This document shows positions 12,566 through 23,815 of a DNA stretch of 64,000 bases, piece by piece. The stretch spans positions 17,982,001-18,046,000 of the forward strand of contig CM075988.1 of NCBI GenBank assembly GCA_038087875.1. The letters run 5' to 3'. Positions within the stretch are counted from its first letter, which is position 1. Each line of letters starts with the position of its first letter. The notes under the pieces are model-generated. The model had not been told where the DNA came from. It worked only from the letters and a program-made list of their open reading frames with translations, and made no database searches. The stretch comes from Malacoraja senta. Lineage: Eukaryota. Both the position numbers and the translations under genes were made by a program.

Positions 12566-13129
12566 TGCCAGCTCCGTGTGTAATTTAAAAAAAAGTTTGA
12601 AGATAGTTGGTGTAAAGTGAACTAAGACACTCATGTTTACACGCAGCTGAAGCATGGTGAATTCAGATAACTCACTCATTTTGAAACCAAATGTTGTCGT
12701 TCATATATGATTAATATCCTTTGTCCTCTTATGGTTGACATGCGGTAACAGCAGATAGTATTTGTTTGCTTTCTTAGTTTCACTCTACTGGGTTTATTTA
12801 TAATGTTTGGAACCTCCCAACTACGTTTGAGGTTGCCTTTTTCGACTGCCCACCTTCTCATCCTGTGGTGAACGGTCGGCATGACAACTGTGTCATACCG
12901 AACCCTCCTCAATGTGACTGGTTGCCTGTTGAGCATGCTCAGTTATGTTCCCTCTTTTCTACACTGTATTCTGATACTCTCATCCTGTTTAAAATGAAGG
13001 TAACGGACTGAACACACAGGATCAGAAGGAACTGCCCTTCTGTTGTCGCCCAATAGAATTTTTTGGGAAGAAAAATCTTCTTTTGTTGGTCCTTTATACA
13101 GGACCTGCTTGTCACTGGAACAGAATAAA

Positions 13130-13189
13130 ATGATCGCTTGCTTTGCCAAAGGAAATATGCTGGATGTTCTGCAAGAGGGATTCACAGAG
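13130..13189 (+). CDS. DIXDC1: DIXDC1-family coding exon 1 (MIACFAKGNMLDVLQEGFTE)
   Basis: ATG at 13130 in AAAATGA context, 20 codons, then donor GAG|GTAAAT (phase 0). Peptide resembles the recalled vertebrate Dixin N-terminus MLACLTRGNLLDVLQEGFNE. Splices in frame to 41120. Confidence 0.88.
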
Positions 13190-14739
13190 GTAAATAATAC
13201 TGAAAGTAATGACTGGGACATGTGTTGGCCTCAAGCAAGCGTTTCGTATGTAACAGCTGCTTCTGTAGAGAGCACATAAGGATTCCCTGTTCAGTTCCGT
13301 AAAGGGGGTGAAAGTATTCTTTCAATGAGAAGGATTTCTGAGTTCTAATTCTTTACGTTGTTGACATGTGGAAGTGATTAAGTGGACCATGTTACATTAG
13401 TGCGCTGAAATTTAGTCTTAAACATGCTGCTCTGTGAATGAGTGTTTTACTGATCACATTTTATCATGAGTTCCGTTTGTTTCTTGTTGCATTATTGCTG
13501 GATTTATTGTTAATTTAGCTACTGTATTATCAGTATTTTTTTGTATTAATAAAAACAAATTTGTTCAGAGAAAATAATTCAACTTCAAAGAAAGTTTTGT
13601 CAGTATTGGAAGAGTAAAGGAGGGGAGGGGAACCAGTTATGTAATCTCACACCATGATCTTTTTAGTTTGAAATTAAAGATTTTTCTTGAATGGAAAATT
13701 GTCATGGGTGCTAATTTGGAACAATTAAGAGAATTAAATAAATCTCAGAATTTTGAATTATTTGTAATTGCATAATTTATGATTGATTCAGAAACACAAA
13801 ATGTGATTGGTGTTGGATGATGCTATTGCCATCATTATAGTACACCCTCCCCAACAAAGCAGAGGCATTTTATGCAGTGGTGGTATCTAAGTGGATTTGC
13901 CACAATGCCAGAGGCAAATAAGAGTTTTCTTTAGAAAATCGATTTCTAGTTCTGTGAAATTTTGGCAAGCTACTATAAAACATGGTACAAATTATGAATT
14001 TTAAAGCTGTTAATAGTAAACATTGCTGTAAAATAAGTGATGATCTGTAACTGTTACTTTATTTTGGAGTCGAGAGGCATGGTCAGGTTTTTTTACTTTG
14101 TTACTCAAAGGCAAAATTCTTGAAATGAATGATTAATTTTGCTTACTTGTGGGCAAATAGCATCAGATCCTAAATCTTTTTATACATTGTTCTCATGGTA
14201 TGATTTGGATAGCACGCAATCAAAGCTTTTCACTGTAACATTCACATATAATAATAATATAATAATAATAATACATTTATTGTATAGCACGTTTAAAAAC
14301 CAACTCACGTTGACCAAAGTGCTTCACATCAGTGCAGGTACTAATTTGATGCATACAACGGTAGACAGACCTAACAATACATACATAAACTGTTTACAGC
14401 GCCCCCTCAGATGGGCTCAAAATGACAATAATATGACAATAATAAACCAATACTTATACATGTTTAGTATTTGATTATACTGAATGTCTGAGGCAAAAAG
14501 ATAGATTTGACTAAACAGTAACATGAAATAAAAAAGTAAAGATTCTGGAAATGCAGCGAATCAGGCAGATCTGTAGAAAGGAAACAGTTAATACTTAGTC
14601 AAAGACCCTTTCTTGAATGTAATTTGAATTTGTATATATTAATCATTTGATTCAATTTGTTTGCATTCAAAAGAATCTGTAAGGTATGTCACAAAAGTCA
14701 TGTAGCGAAAGTTACTAAAACTAAATTTATCTTTGAAAA

Positions 14740-15168
14740 GCAAAGAAAACCCCTCTGCAGTGTCCTTTATCGCTTAAAGGTGTTCCAAAGTTGTTTACTT
14801 GTGTAATGTAGCCATTTTTATGTAGCTGGCAGCTGACCTGCAAGTAGCAGGCTTAAAAAAAACATAATTAACATAATTAACATAAATGGGCAAATAATTT
14901 GTTGTCTCTTGTCTGTGGGTTAAGGGAAAACGTGGTCGCTCCTCAACACAATTGTGCTCTGGACTTTATGATTTCCACTTGAGGGTGCAGACTAGCCTTT
15001 GGTTTAATGTGGTTTCAGAAGATGGCATGCCCAACTTTGCATCAGTTTTTTTAGTAGTGCATTGAGATGTCATCTTATATTATATGCTCAAGTCTGTCAA
15101 TAGGACTTGAATCTAAACCCAGCCCTTCTGACATGAAGTTGTGAGTCCCACCATTGAGCTGCAGCCTA
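14740..15168 (-). mobile_element. Old Deu-domain SINE (SacSINE1/AmnSINE1-like)
   Basis: CCACTTGAGGGTGCAGACTAGCCTTTGGTTTAATGTG...GAAGATGGCA...TGCTCAAGTCTG...GGACTTGAA resembles the recalled antisense Deu-domain and tRNA head. Further relics at about 16020-16120 (-) and 60790-60980 (+). Confidence 0.6.
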
Positions 15169-16217
15169 ACAGAATTAAAATGTGGTCAACTGAGTAAACT
15201 TGTGTTCAACAATTTGGCTTTATGTGACTGTGAATTATTGGCATTACATTTATTACTGCTCAATTTCTGATTAGCACATTTGGCAGGGGAACTAAGAGAA
15301 CAACATTCTCAACCAAAAATTGCCTCTGGGCAGGATCTGTGCTTTCCATATGTGGAATTTTTAGTTTTCCTTTCTATTGGGCAAAAAGTATTTAAGTTAC
15401 AGAGCTTTTTAAATTAAAACCACATGTCACTTGCCTAGTGATCTTTAGGAACGAGCCCAACTCATAGATGAATGTAAGTAATTTAATAGCCCTATTTCAA
15501 TACAGTTTTTAAGGAGTCCCATGTGAGTGCATTACACAGAGCTTAAAAGCTTTCAAGCTGATATCCTCCTCAAAGTTAATTTATGTAGAAACAAAAACTC
15601 TAGTTGAAAACAAAAGGGATTATTGTTGTAAGCAGCTGTACTATTCTGACCCCACAGCATTTTATTTTTAGGCAGCAGTCAAAAGAATGTTATTTCGAGA
15701 GGGGTGAGAGGGAGAGAGGAAGCAGTGTACTCCTAAAGCCACAAGCCCATTCCCTCAGTTTGTGCTGATCTCAGCTGGCGCAGCGGTAGATTGCTGCACT
15801 CAGCCCCCATGGTCATGCATTAGAATCGCAAAGCATGGAAGGAAGCCATTCAACCCCTCAAGCCTGTGTCAAGACATTGAAAGAGCTGTCCAATTCACCC
15901 CTATCCTTTATTTTGCCCATATCCCTGCATTTTTCCTTTACCAAGTGTTGAAAGAAAGTAAAATACTGCATTTGGATAACCCAATTCATAGGTTAGGGAT
16001 GCCCCTAAACATTTACAGACAGTGAGGTACTTTTGAAGTATGGTCACCTTTTCAATGTTGGAAACATGACAGCTAGTTACCATGCAACAAGGTCTTACAC
16101 ACAGCAAGTGATGATCACCAGAGGAATCAATTAAGTGACATTGGATGTGGAAATAATACAGTGGAATTTCTAGAAAACCTGAATTTATCATTAAGTGCTA
16201 GAGTCATACAACGATTC

Positions 16218-16835
16218 AATAGACAATAGACAATAGACAATAAGTGCAGTAGGCGATTCGGCCCTTCGAGCCAGCACCGCCATTCAATGTGATCATGGCT
16301 GATCATCCTCAATCAGTACCCCGTTCCTGCCTTCTCCCCATATCCCCTGACTCCGCTATTTTTAAGAGCCCTATCTAGCTCGCTCTTGAAAGCATCCAGA
16401 GAACCTGCCTCCACCGCCCTCTGAGGCAGAGAATTCCACAGACTCACCACTCTCTGTGAGAAAAAGTGTTTTCTCGTCTCTGTTCTAAATGGCTTAACCC
16501 TTATTTTTAAACTGTGGCCCCTGGTTCTGGACTCCCCCAACATCGGGAACATGTTTCCTGCCTCTAGCGTGTCCAAGCCCTTAACAATCTTATATGTTTC
16601 AATGAGATACCCTCTCATCCTTCTAAACTCCAGAGTGTACAAGCCCAGCTACTCCATTCTCTCAGCATATGACAGTCCCGCCATCCCGGGAATTAACCTT
16701 GTAAACCTACACTGCACTCCCTCAATAGCAAGAATGTCCTTCCTCAAATTAGGGGACCAAAACTGTACACAATACTCCAGGTGTGGTCTCACTAGGGCTC
16801 TGTACAACTGCAGAAGGACCTCTTTGCTCCTATAT
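16218..16835 (-). mobile_element. Young CR1/HER1-like LINE 3' fragment
   Basis: ORF YTLEFRRMRGYLIETYKI...RTRGHSLKI...FFSQRVVSLWNSLPQ and (CAATAGA)n tail. Confidence 0.9.
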
Positions 16836-17454
16836 TCGATTCGATTAGATTCAGCCCACCATTTTCAAACTTAGTAGTAGACACCCATCTGGATGCTAAA
16901 TACGATGTTTCCAATGCTAATAAAGTTTAGTTTTTCCTTTACAAACCAAAATTGTGGTTAATTGTACTGCCATCTCTTTGTTCCTTGAGATTCTCCTGTT
17001 TCCAACTGTATGGTGCTTATATTTGCCTTCACTAATCTTTTTATATTCTTTTATAAGCTTTTACCGTCTGCTTTTATGTTCCTTGTAAGTTCTCTGATGT
17101 AGTCTATTTTTGTTCATTTAACCACTGTCTTGCGCTTTTAATTGAATTCACAACTTGCCTCAATCCTCAGGCTTAGTACTTTAGCAACTTTATATGACTC
17201 TTTGGCGGGGAGTATTGAGATGAGGAGAGCAAGACCTTTAAGGGATGTGAAAACAATGATGGAATTTTTCTTTTGTTAATCTTCACATCATTTTTAATTT
17301 AAAACTTAGGCCTCCATCAAACTGTAATAACTTCACAGTTGATTGGTTACATTTTAATAATGATCTGTAAATATGCTACTGTTGTATATAGCTTCTTTAA
17401 TATAATGACAAATTCTCAAGCTTAAGTAAAATCTTATCAAACAAACTGCTATCC

Positions 17455-17750
17455 GGCACTGTGGCACAGTGGTAGAGTTGATGCCTTACAGCGCCAGAGA
17501 CCCGGGTTTCATTCTGACCTCAGGTGCTGTCTGTATGGAATTTGTACGTTCTCCCAGTGACCGCGTGGGTTTTCTCTGGGTGCTCCGGTTTCCTCCGACG
17601 CTCCAAAGACATACAGGTTTGTTGGTTAATTGACTTTCGTAAAATTATAAATTGTCCTGAGTGTGTGGGATAGTGCCACAATACGAGGTAATTGCTGGTC
17701 GGTGTGGACTCGGCCGAAGGGCCTGCTTCCGTGCTGTATATCTAAAGTCT
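17455..17750 (+). mobile_element. V-SINE (HE1-like), full length
   Basis: A-box-like TGGCACAGTGG, V-domain and CR1-type tail; similar to 2651-2945. Confidence 0.85.
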
Positions 17751-18789
17751 AATGTTAAGTCTAAAATATTGACACTGAGTCTGGGAGTGAGTGATAAAAT
17801 GTTTGAGCAAAGAGCAGGTTTTAATGGTGGAGAGGTGACATTGTAGAGAGTTGCAGAGGGATATTCTCAGCACGTGTACCCAGTGCTGAGCATTTTAAAA
17901 GTACATAATAAGCCAGAATTGGAGAGTTGTCAACACCCAGACATAATGCTTCGTTGAATATCAGGAAAACCTTATAATCAGTCTACTTCGTACATTCTAC
18001 ACTCAGAGTTTTAATAATAAATATTATTAAGAAACTGTTTTTTCATTCATCAAATCTCATTCAAAAAGAGAATTGTTGGTTTGAGACATAGTCATACACC
18101 ATGGAAATAGGCCCTTCGGCCTAACTCATCCATGCCAACCAAGGTGCTCATCTAAGCTAGTCCCATTTACCTGTGCCTGTCCCGTATCCCTCAAAACCCT
18201 TCTAACCCTTGTACTTGTCCAACTGTCTTTTAATGTTGTTATTGTATCTGCCTCCTCTGGCAGCTTGTTCCATATACCAACCAGATACAGGGAGCAGTGA
18301 GAGTGAGAACATGGATAAAGGACGTGGGAGTTGTGAAATGTAGAGCCAGCAGACAAGCCGGGCAGGTCTGGCTGGGGTGGAGGGGGTGCCTCTGATGGGG
18401 TAAAACTAGGCATGTCCCTCTACTCTCATTCCACCACTCCCAAATCCTTTGTCCAGGTCCTCGCTCTCAACTACCCATAATCACTCATTGACTATATAAC
18501 CTTGTTTACAATGTATCCTTGTGGTCACCCCAGATTTACCCGATACACCCCAGAGTCACCCCTCCCATCCCCCTCCCTGCAGCAAAACAACGTTTTACAT
18601 GTGGTGAACAATCTGTGGGGATGGCACCAAGTGACTGGTGTATAGTTGGCAAAGCCAAGAGTGACCCACAAGAATATGATCGTTTAGAAAAAATGTTTGG
18701 TTACAGTCACCAAAAGTGATAGTCATGGCCCATCATGTCCCTGCCAACCTTCGTACCTATTCTATTTGTCAGCATTTGGGTTGTAGGTT

Positions 18790-19375
18790 TAGACTTATTA
18801 TTGTCACATGTACTGAGGTACATGAAAAGCATTGTTTTGCATGCTATCCAAACAGATTAGATATGCCATACTTGGATGCAATTAGTTCAAACTCGCCATA
18901 TGCCATACTTGGATGCAAATTAGTGCAATAGATAGAACAAAGGGGAAGACACAGAGTACAGAATATAGTTCTCAGCATTATAGTGCATCAGTTCCTTAGA
19001 GAAAGCCCAATGTACTTAATCGGGTAGAGGTGAATCAAACTTTACCCTAGTTTATGGAAGGACTGTTCAGAAGCCTGATAACAGAGGGAAGGAAGCGGTT
19101 CTTGAGTTTCGTGTTGTGTGCTTTTAAGGCTCTGGACCTTTTGCCGGATGGGAGCAGGGAGAAGAAGTAATGACAGGGTGGGATAAGTCTTTGCTTATGT
19201 TGGCAGCTTTTCTGAGGCAACATGGTGTAAGTGGAGTAAATGGTGGGAAGTCTGGTCTGTGTGATAGACTGGGCTACATCCACAACTCTCTGCAATTTAT
19301 TGCGATCTTGGGCAGAGCTGTTCCCAAATCAATCTGTGATTCAACACGACAATATGGGTTGCTATGGTGCATCTG
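18790..19375 (-). mobile_element. Rex/Babar-type LINE 3' fragment
   Basis: QRVVDVAQSIT...FFSLLPSGKR...FLPSVIRLLN. Confidence 0.7.
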
Positions 19376-19427
19376 TAAGAGCCTTGTTTGTAAGTTGTAG
19401 CTTTCATTGCCATGACCCTTTCGTGCT

Positions 19428-19432
19428 CATAT

Positions 19433-19478
<46 letters not shown>
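19428..19478. repeat. (TA)n-(CA)n microsatellite
   Basis: Seen directly. Confidence 0.95.
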
Positions 19479-20439
19479 TAAATAAATATTGTCAGAGTAC
19501 CTGCCTCCCTCAATACCTCAGGCAGTCTCTTGATTGCCAGATGTTGTAAAGGAAGGAAGTTGAACACTTATCAGCTTGTTTTAATCAATAAAACAGCTCT
19601 TGATGGATATGAAATTGTTTGGGTATGCGCAATATGGAACTTAATGATAGCTGATGATTAATGGTTGCTTCATTCTGCTTGTGCTTGACGAAGACTGGTG
19701 GACCGGACAGAGCTCTACTCTACCTTTATCAATGCCAAATAAAAGCAGCTTCATAGCAGGTATCTTGTATCGATGATCACCAGTAGCTGTTCCAGTAACA
19801 TAGTGAATATTCCGTGCCAGCTAACCATGTTGATGACAACTGAGCAAACTGTTGTGATACAGGGCCGGATTGCGCAATTTATAAAGGGTCTTTCACAAAT
19901 TTCTAGTGCGTAAACTGGAGGATCGACTGGGTCACAGGAATCAATAAAATAAAAAAGCAAAATGTTTTACAGAATCTCAAAAGCAAAACGGAGGGCGAGC
20001 ACTTTGATTGGAGACCACTAGCTGATTCATTGAAGAGTTTACAAATAAAAATCAATCGATCTTTTAAGATGTCAAAGACGAGGAAATCCGTCCAACCAGT
20101 GTTTTTTTGACATTACATTTTGAGTACATAGAATTTATTCATGTTAATTTCCTCACACGATATTTAAGGTTCTGTGGAAGAGAAATTTATCTATGGGCAC
20201 CAACACTAATGCATTTGAAGATGTCAGGTCCGGGGGTACTGATTGTGCGGAGGTGAGAAGAACTGGTGGGTCCGACTCTTTACACATATAATAACAATGA
20301 CCAAAGGCAAATCTTTCTGCTGGCAACTCAGTGAACCATATCTTCAGTAAAAGCAAAAGCATCAGCTGATTGCATAAAAGCATCATGTATTGTAACATTA
20401 GTTGCAAGACTTCTTTAGTTCCAAGACTTCCCCAAGGTA

Positions 20440-21172
20440 GTTGTCAAATTGATTGTCACATGCACCAATTAAGGTACAGTGATATTTGAGTTACCATACA
20501 GCCATACTAAGTGAAAAGCAACAATACACACAGCCACATAAAATAAAATTTAACATAAACATCCACCACAACGGGATCCACATTCCTCACTGTGATGGAA
20601 GGTAATAAAGTTCAATCATCTTCCTCCTTTGTTCACCCGTGGTCGGGGCTGTTGAGCCCTCCGCAGTCGCTGCTGCCGACGGTCCGATGTCTGAATCCCT
20701 CGCGTCGTGATGATCGAAACTCCGGCGTTGGGATGGATAGGAACACTCCGCGGCATGGAGCTCCCGAGTCGGCCTCTTCTTACCGGAGACGGCGGGCTTC
20801 ATGGTGTTAAAGTCCACAGGCCCCGCGGTTGGAGCTCTTCCACAGGCGATCGGCAAAGGATCGCAGGCTCTGCGATGTTAGAGTCCGTTGGCCCACGGCT
20901 TGAAGCTCCGGGCCGGTCTTCAGGAAAGGCCGCACCACTCCACGATGTTAGGCCGCAGGGGGGGACGGAGATAGGATACGGAGAAAAATCGCATCTCCGT
21001 CGAGGTAAGTGACTGAAAAAAGGTTCCCCCAATTCCCCCCCCCCTCACCCCCCACATAAAACAGACCAAGAAACATTAAAACATACTTTTAAAACGTACT
21101 TAAAATAATAAAAACAGAGAGGGGACAGACAGACGTTTGGCGAGGCAGCCACTGCGGTGGCGCCACCCGGTG
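20440..21172 (-). mobile_element. CpG-rich non-autonomous retroelement with Rex-like 3' tail
   Basis: The + strand begins TTGATTGTCACATG...TACAGTGA (antisense LINE tail) and shares AAACATCCACCACA...TCCTCACTGTGATGGA with 59121-59331. GC-rich head ends GGCGCCACCCGGTG. No RT ORF. Confidence 0.55.
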
Positions 21173-21892
21173 TATCATCTTAGATACTTAGATAGTTTTA
21201 ACTTGATTAGCAATATGTCTGAAATCATGGTCATATGGCCAGGATTCTCCATTCTTGTTGCTATGGAACCATAATTCCTGGCAGGGACTGGTGTGTGATT
21301 GTAGGATTTGGCATGGTTGCTCCTCCTGGTACCTCGCTAGTTCATTTGAGTGAAGTGTCAGGTCTGCACAGGTCTACAGAAGTAAATGTTATCTTCAGAA
21401 TTAGTGAAGAGAGTAGCAAGATAAAATTGGAAGGAAAAAGTAGCAAATATCATTTTATGATTTAGAAATGTCATAATCCCTGTGGCAGATTGCTGGGGCC
21501 TAGATGGAGGTTTCTGCATCTTCATGAACCACTGGTGAGATACCAGATGACTGGAGGACAGCAAATATGGCTCCTTTATTCAGCAGGGATAGGTTGGTAA
21601 TTACAGGCCAGTGTGTCTTTTACATCAGTGCAGGGAAATTATTGGAAAAAAAGATCGAGAGGACAGTATTTATTTACACTTGGAAACAGGGATTGATAAC
21701 AGATAAGCAATTCCCTCTGTTTATGGGAAACCCAGTCTCACAAATTTGATTGAATTTTTTAAAGAGTTAACTAAATGTATTAGCTATAGAGCTATACAAC
21801 TCTACAATTCAATTAATCTTAACCAGACTAGTTTGGTTAGTTGCCTAACTGAACTAGTCTGACTTGCCTGCGACTGGCCAAAATCCACCAAA

Positions 21893-22580
21893 CAATAGAC
21901 AATAGACAATAGGTGCAGGAGTAGGCCATTCGGCCCTTCGAGCCAGCACCGCCATTCAATGTGATCATGGCTGATCATCCCCAATCAGTACCCCGTTCCT
22001 GCCTTCTCATATGACTCCGCTATCTTTAAGAGCCCTATCTAACTTTCTCTTGAAAGTATCCAGAGAACCGGCCTCCACCGCCCCCTGAGGCAGAGAAATA
22101 GAAACATTTCCTATCTATGTACCTGAGCAAATGTTTTTTAAATGTCATAATGACTAATTTCCCCCGGGGATGAATAAAGTTTTATTGTATCGTATCGTAA
22201 TTGTACCTGTCTCTACCACTTCCTCTGGCAGCTTGTTCCATGCATCCATCACTCTCTGGGTGAATAAAATGTGCCTCAAGTCTTTTTTAAATCTTGCCCC
22301 TCTTACCGTAAACCTCTGCCCTCTAGTTTTAGACTCTCCTACCCTGGGGAAAGGACTGTGGCTATTCACCCTATCTGCTTCCCACATGATTTTATACACC
22401 TCTATAATGTGTCGCTGCAGCCTCCTATATTCCAAGGAAAAAAGACCCAGCATGTCCACCTCTCCTCCTGTTTCAAACCTTTCAGAACTGGTAACATCCT
22501 CATAAATCTTTCCTGCACCTTTTCCAGTTTAACAACATTCTTCTTATAGCAGGGTGATGACAATTCTACACAGTACTCCA
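21893..22580 (-). mobile_element. Two adjacent CR1 3' fragments (young 21893-22098; older 22100-22580)
   Basis: (CAATAGA)n tail, then ORF LGLFSLEYRRLQRHIIEVYKIM...FTQRVMDAWNKLP. Confidence 0.8.
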
Positions 22581-22899
22581 ATGTCTGTTCAGTTGTAGTA
22601 CACAGAGAATGAAGGGTGCACTATGTATCATTTATATTGTTTTGATGAAGACAGTGCAGTAAATATGTGCAGACCATTGGTGGGAAATGGTCAGTCTGAA
22701 GAAGGGTTTCATCCTGGAAAGAGTCATTTGTCTATTTCTCTCCATAGATGCTGCCTGACTCACTGAGTTCCTCCAGAACTTTGTTTTTTGGTCTTTTGAC
22801 TCCGGCATTGCAGTCTCTCTTGTGTGACCTATGGTGCGGGATTCCTTGATTTGTGATATCAGCATGATTTGTTGGAAACATTAATGTATGTAAACCAGC

Positions 22900-23690
22900 A
22901 TCTACAGTTCCTTGGTTGTCCATAATGATTTAGATGTGATTGTAGCAGGTATAATTAGTAATTTTGCAGATAATGCAAAAGTTTGTGGTGTTTTGGATAG
23001 CAAAAAAAATTATCTTGGGCTGCAGCTTGATATTTTTCAGCTGAAAAGTTGGACAGAGCAGTGCTGGATGGAATTAATCATGAGGAGTGCGAGGTGATGG
23101 ATTTTAGCCAGTCAAATTAGGGTCAGACATACACTGTAAATTATAGGGCCCTGGGAGTGTTGGTGAACAGAGGATCTTTGGGATACCAGTTCATTAGTCC
23201 TTGAAAATAGCAGAATGTGCAGATAGGATGGCAAATAAAACATAGAGCATGCATGCCTTCAGCAACGTCATCACAAAATATAAGTGCAGGGATGTTATGT
23301 GACAGCTTTACAGAACACTGGTTAGGCCACAGTTGGAGTATTGCGCAGTTCTGGTTGCCACGCTATTGGGAGGATGTGATTGTACTATAGTGGCTGCAGA
23401 GGAGATTCACCTGGGTACTGCCTGAATCAAAACACTTCAGTTAAGAAAGATTGGAAAAGCTGGGTTTGTTTTCCCTGGAGCAGAGGAGGCTGAGTAGAGA
23501 CCTGACAAAGGTATGGGGAATTATAAGGGGGGATATATGGGCTAGGTAGTAAGAATCCTTTCCCATGGTGTCCAAGGGTGCATAGGTGTAAGGTCAGAGA
23601 TGGGAGGTTTAGATGGGATCTGAGAGTGGCCTTAGAATCTGGAAGGCATTGTCGGAGGAGGTGGTAGTGGAGGCAGAGACTCTCACAAAA
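22900..23690 (+). mobile_element. Old CR1 RT fragment
   Basis: ISNFADNAKVCG (cf. ISKFADDTK), LVRPQLEY and LGLFSLEQRRL remnants. Confidence 0.75.
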
Positions 23691-23815
23691 GAATCATCAA
23701 ACCAGTAGAAACAAGGAACTGCAAATGCTGGTTTACACAAAATGACACAAAGTGCTGGGATAACTCAGCGGGTCAGGCTGATCGCTTGAGAACATGCTAC
23801 CCGATCCGCTGAGTT

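Noticed and set aside
20600..21010. CpG-island-like blocks (also 25600-26200, 29350-30000 and 55900-56450) as gene promoters
   Set aside because: All lie within transposon boundaries; CpG content is explained by young mobile elements.
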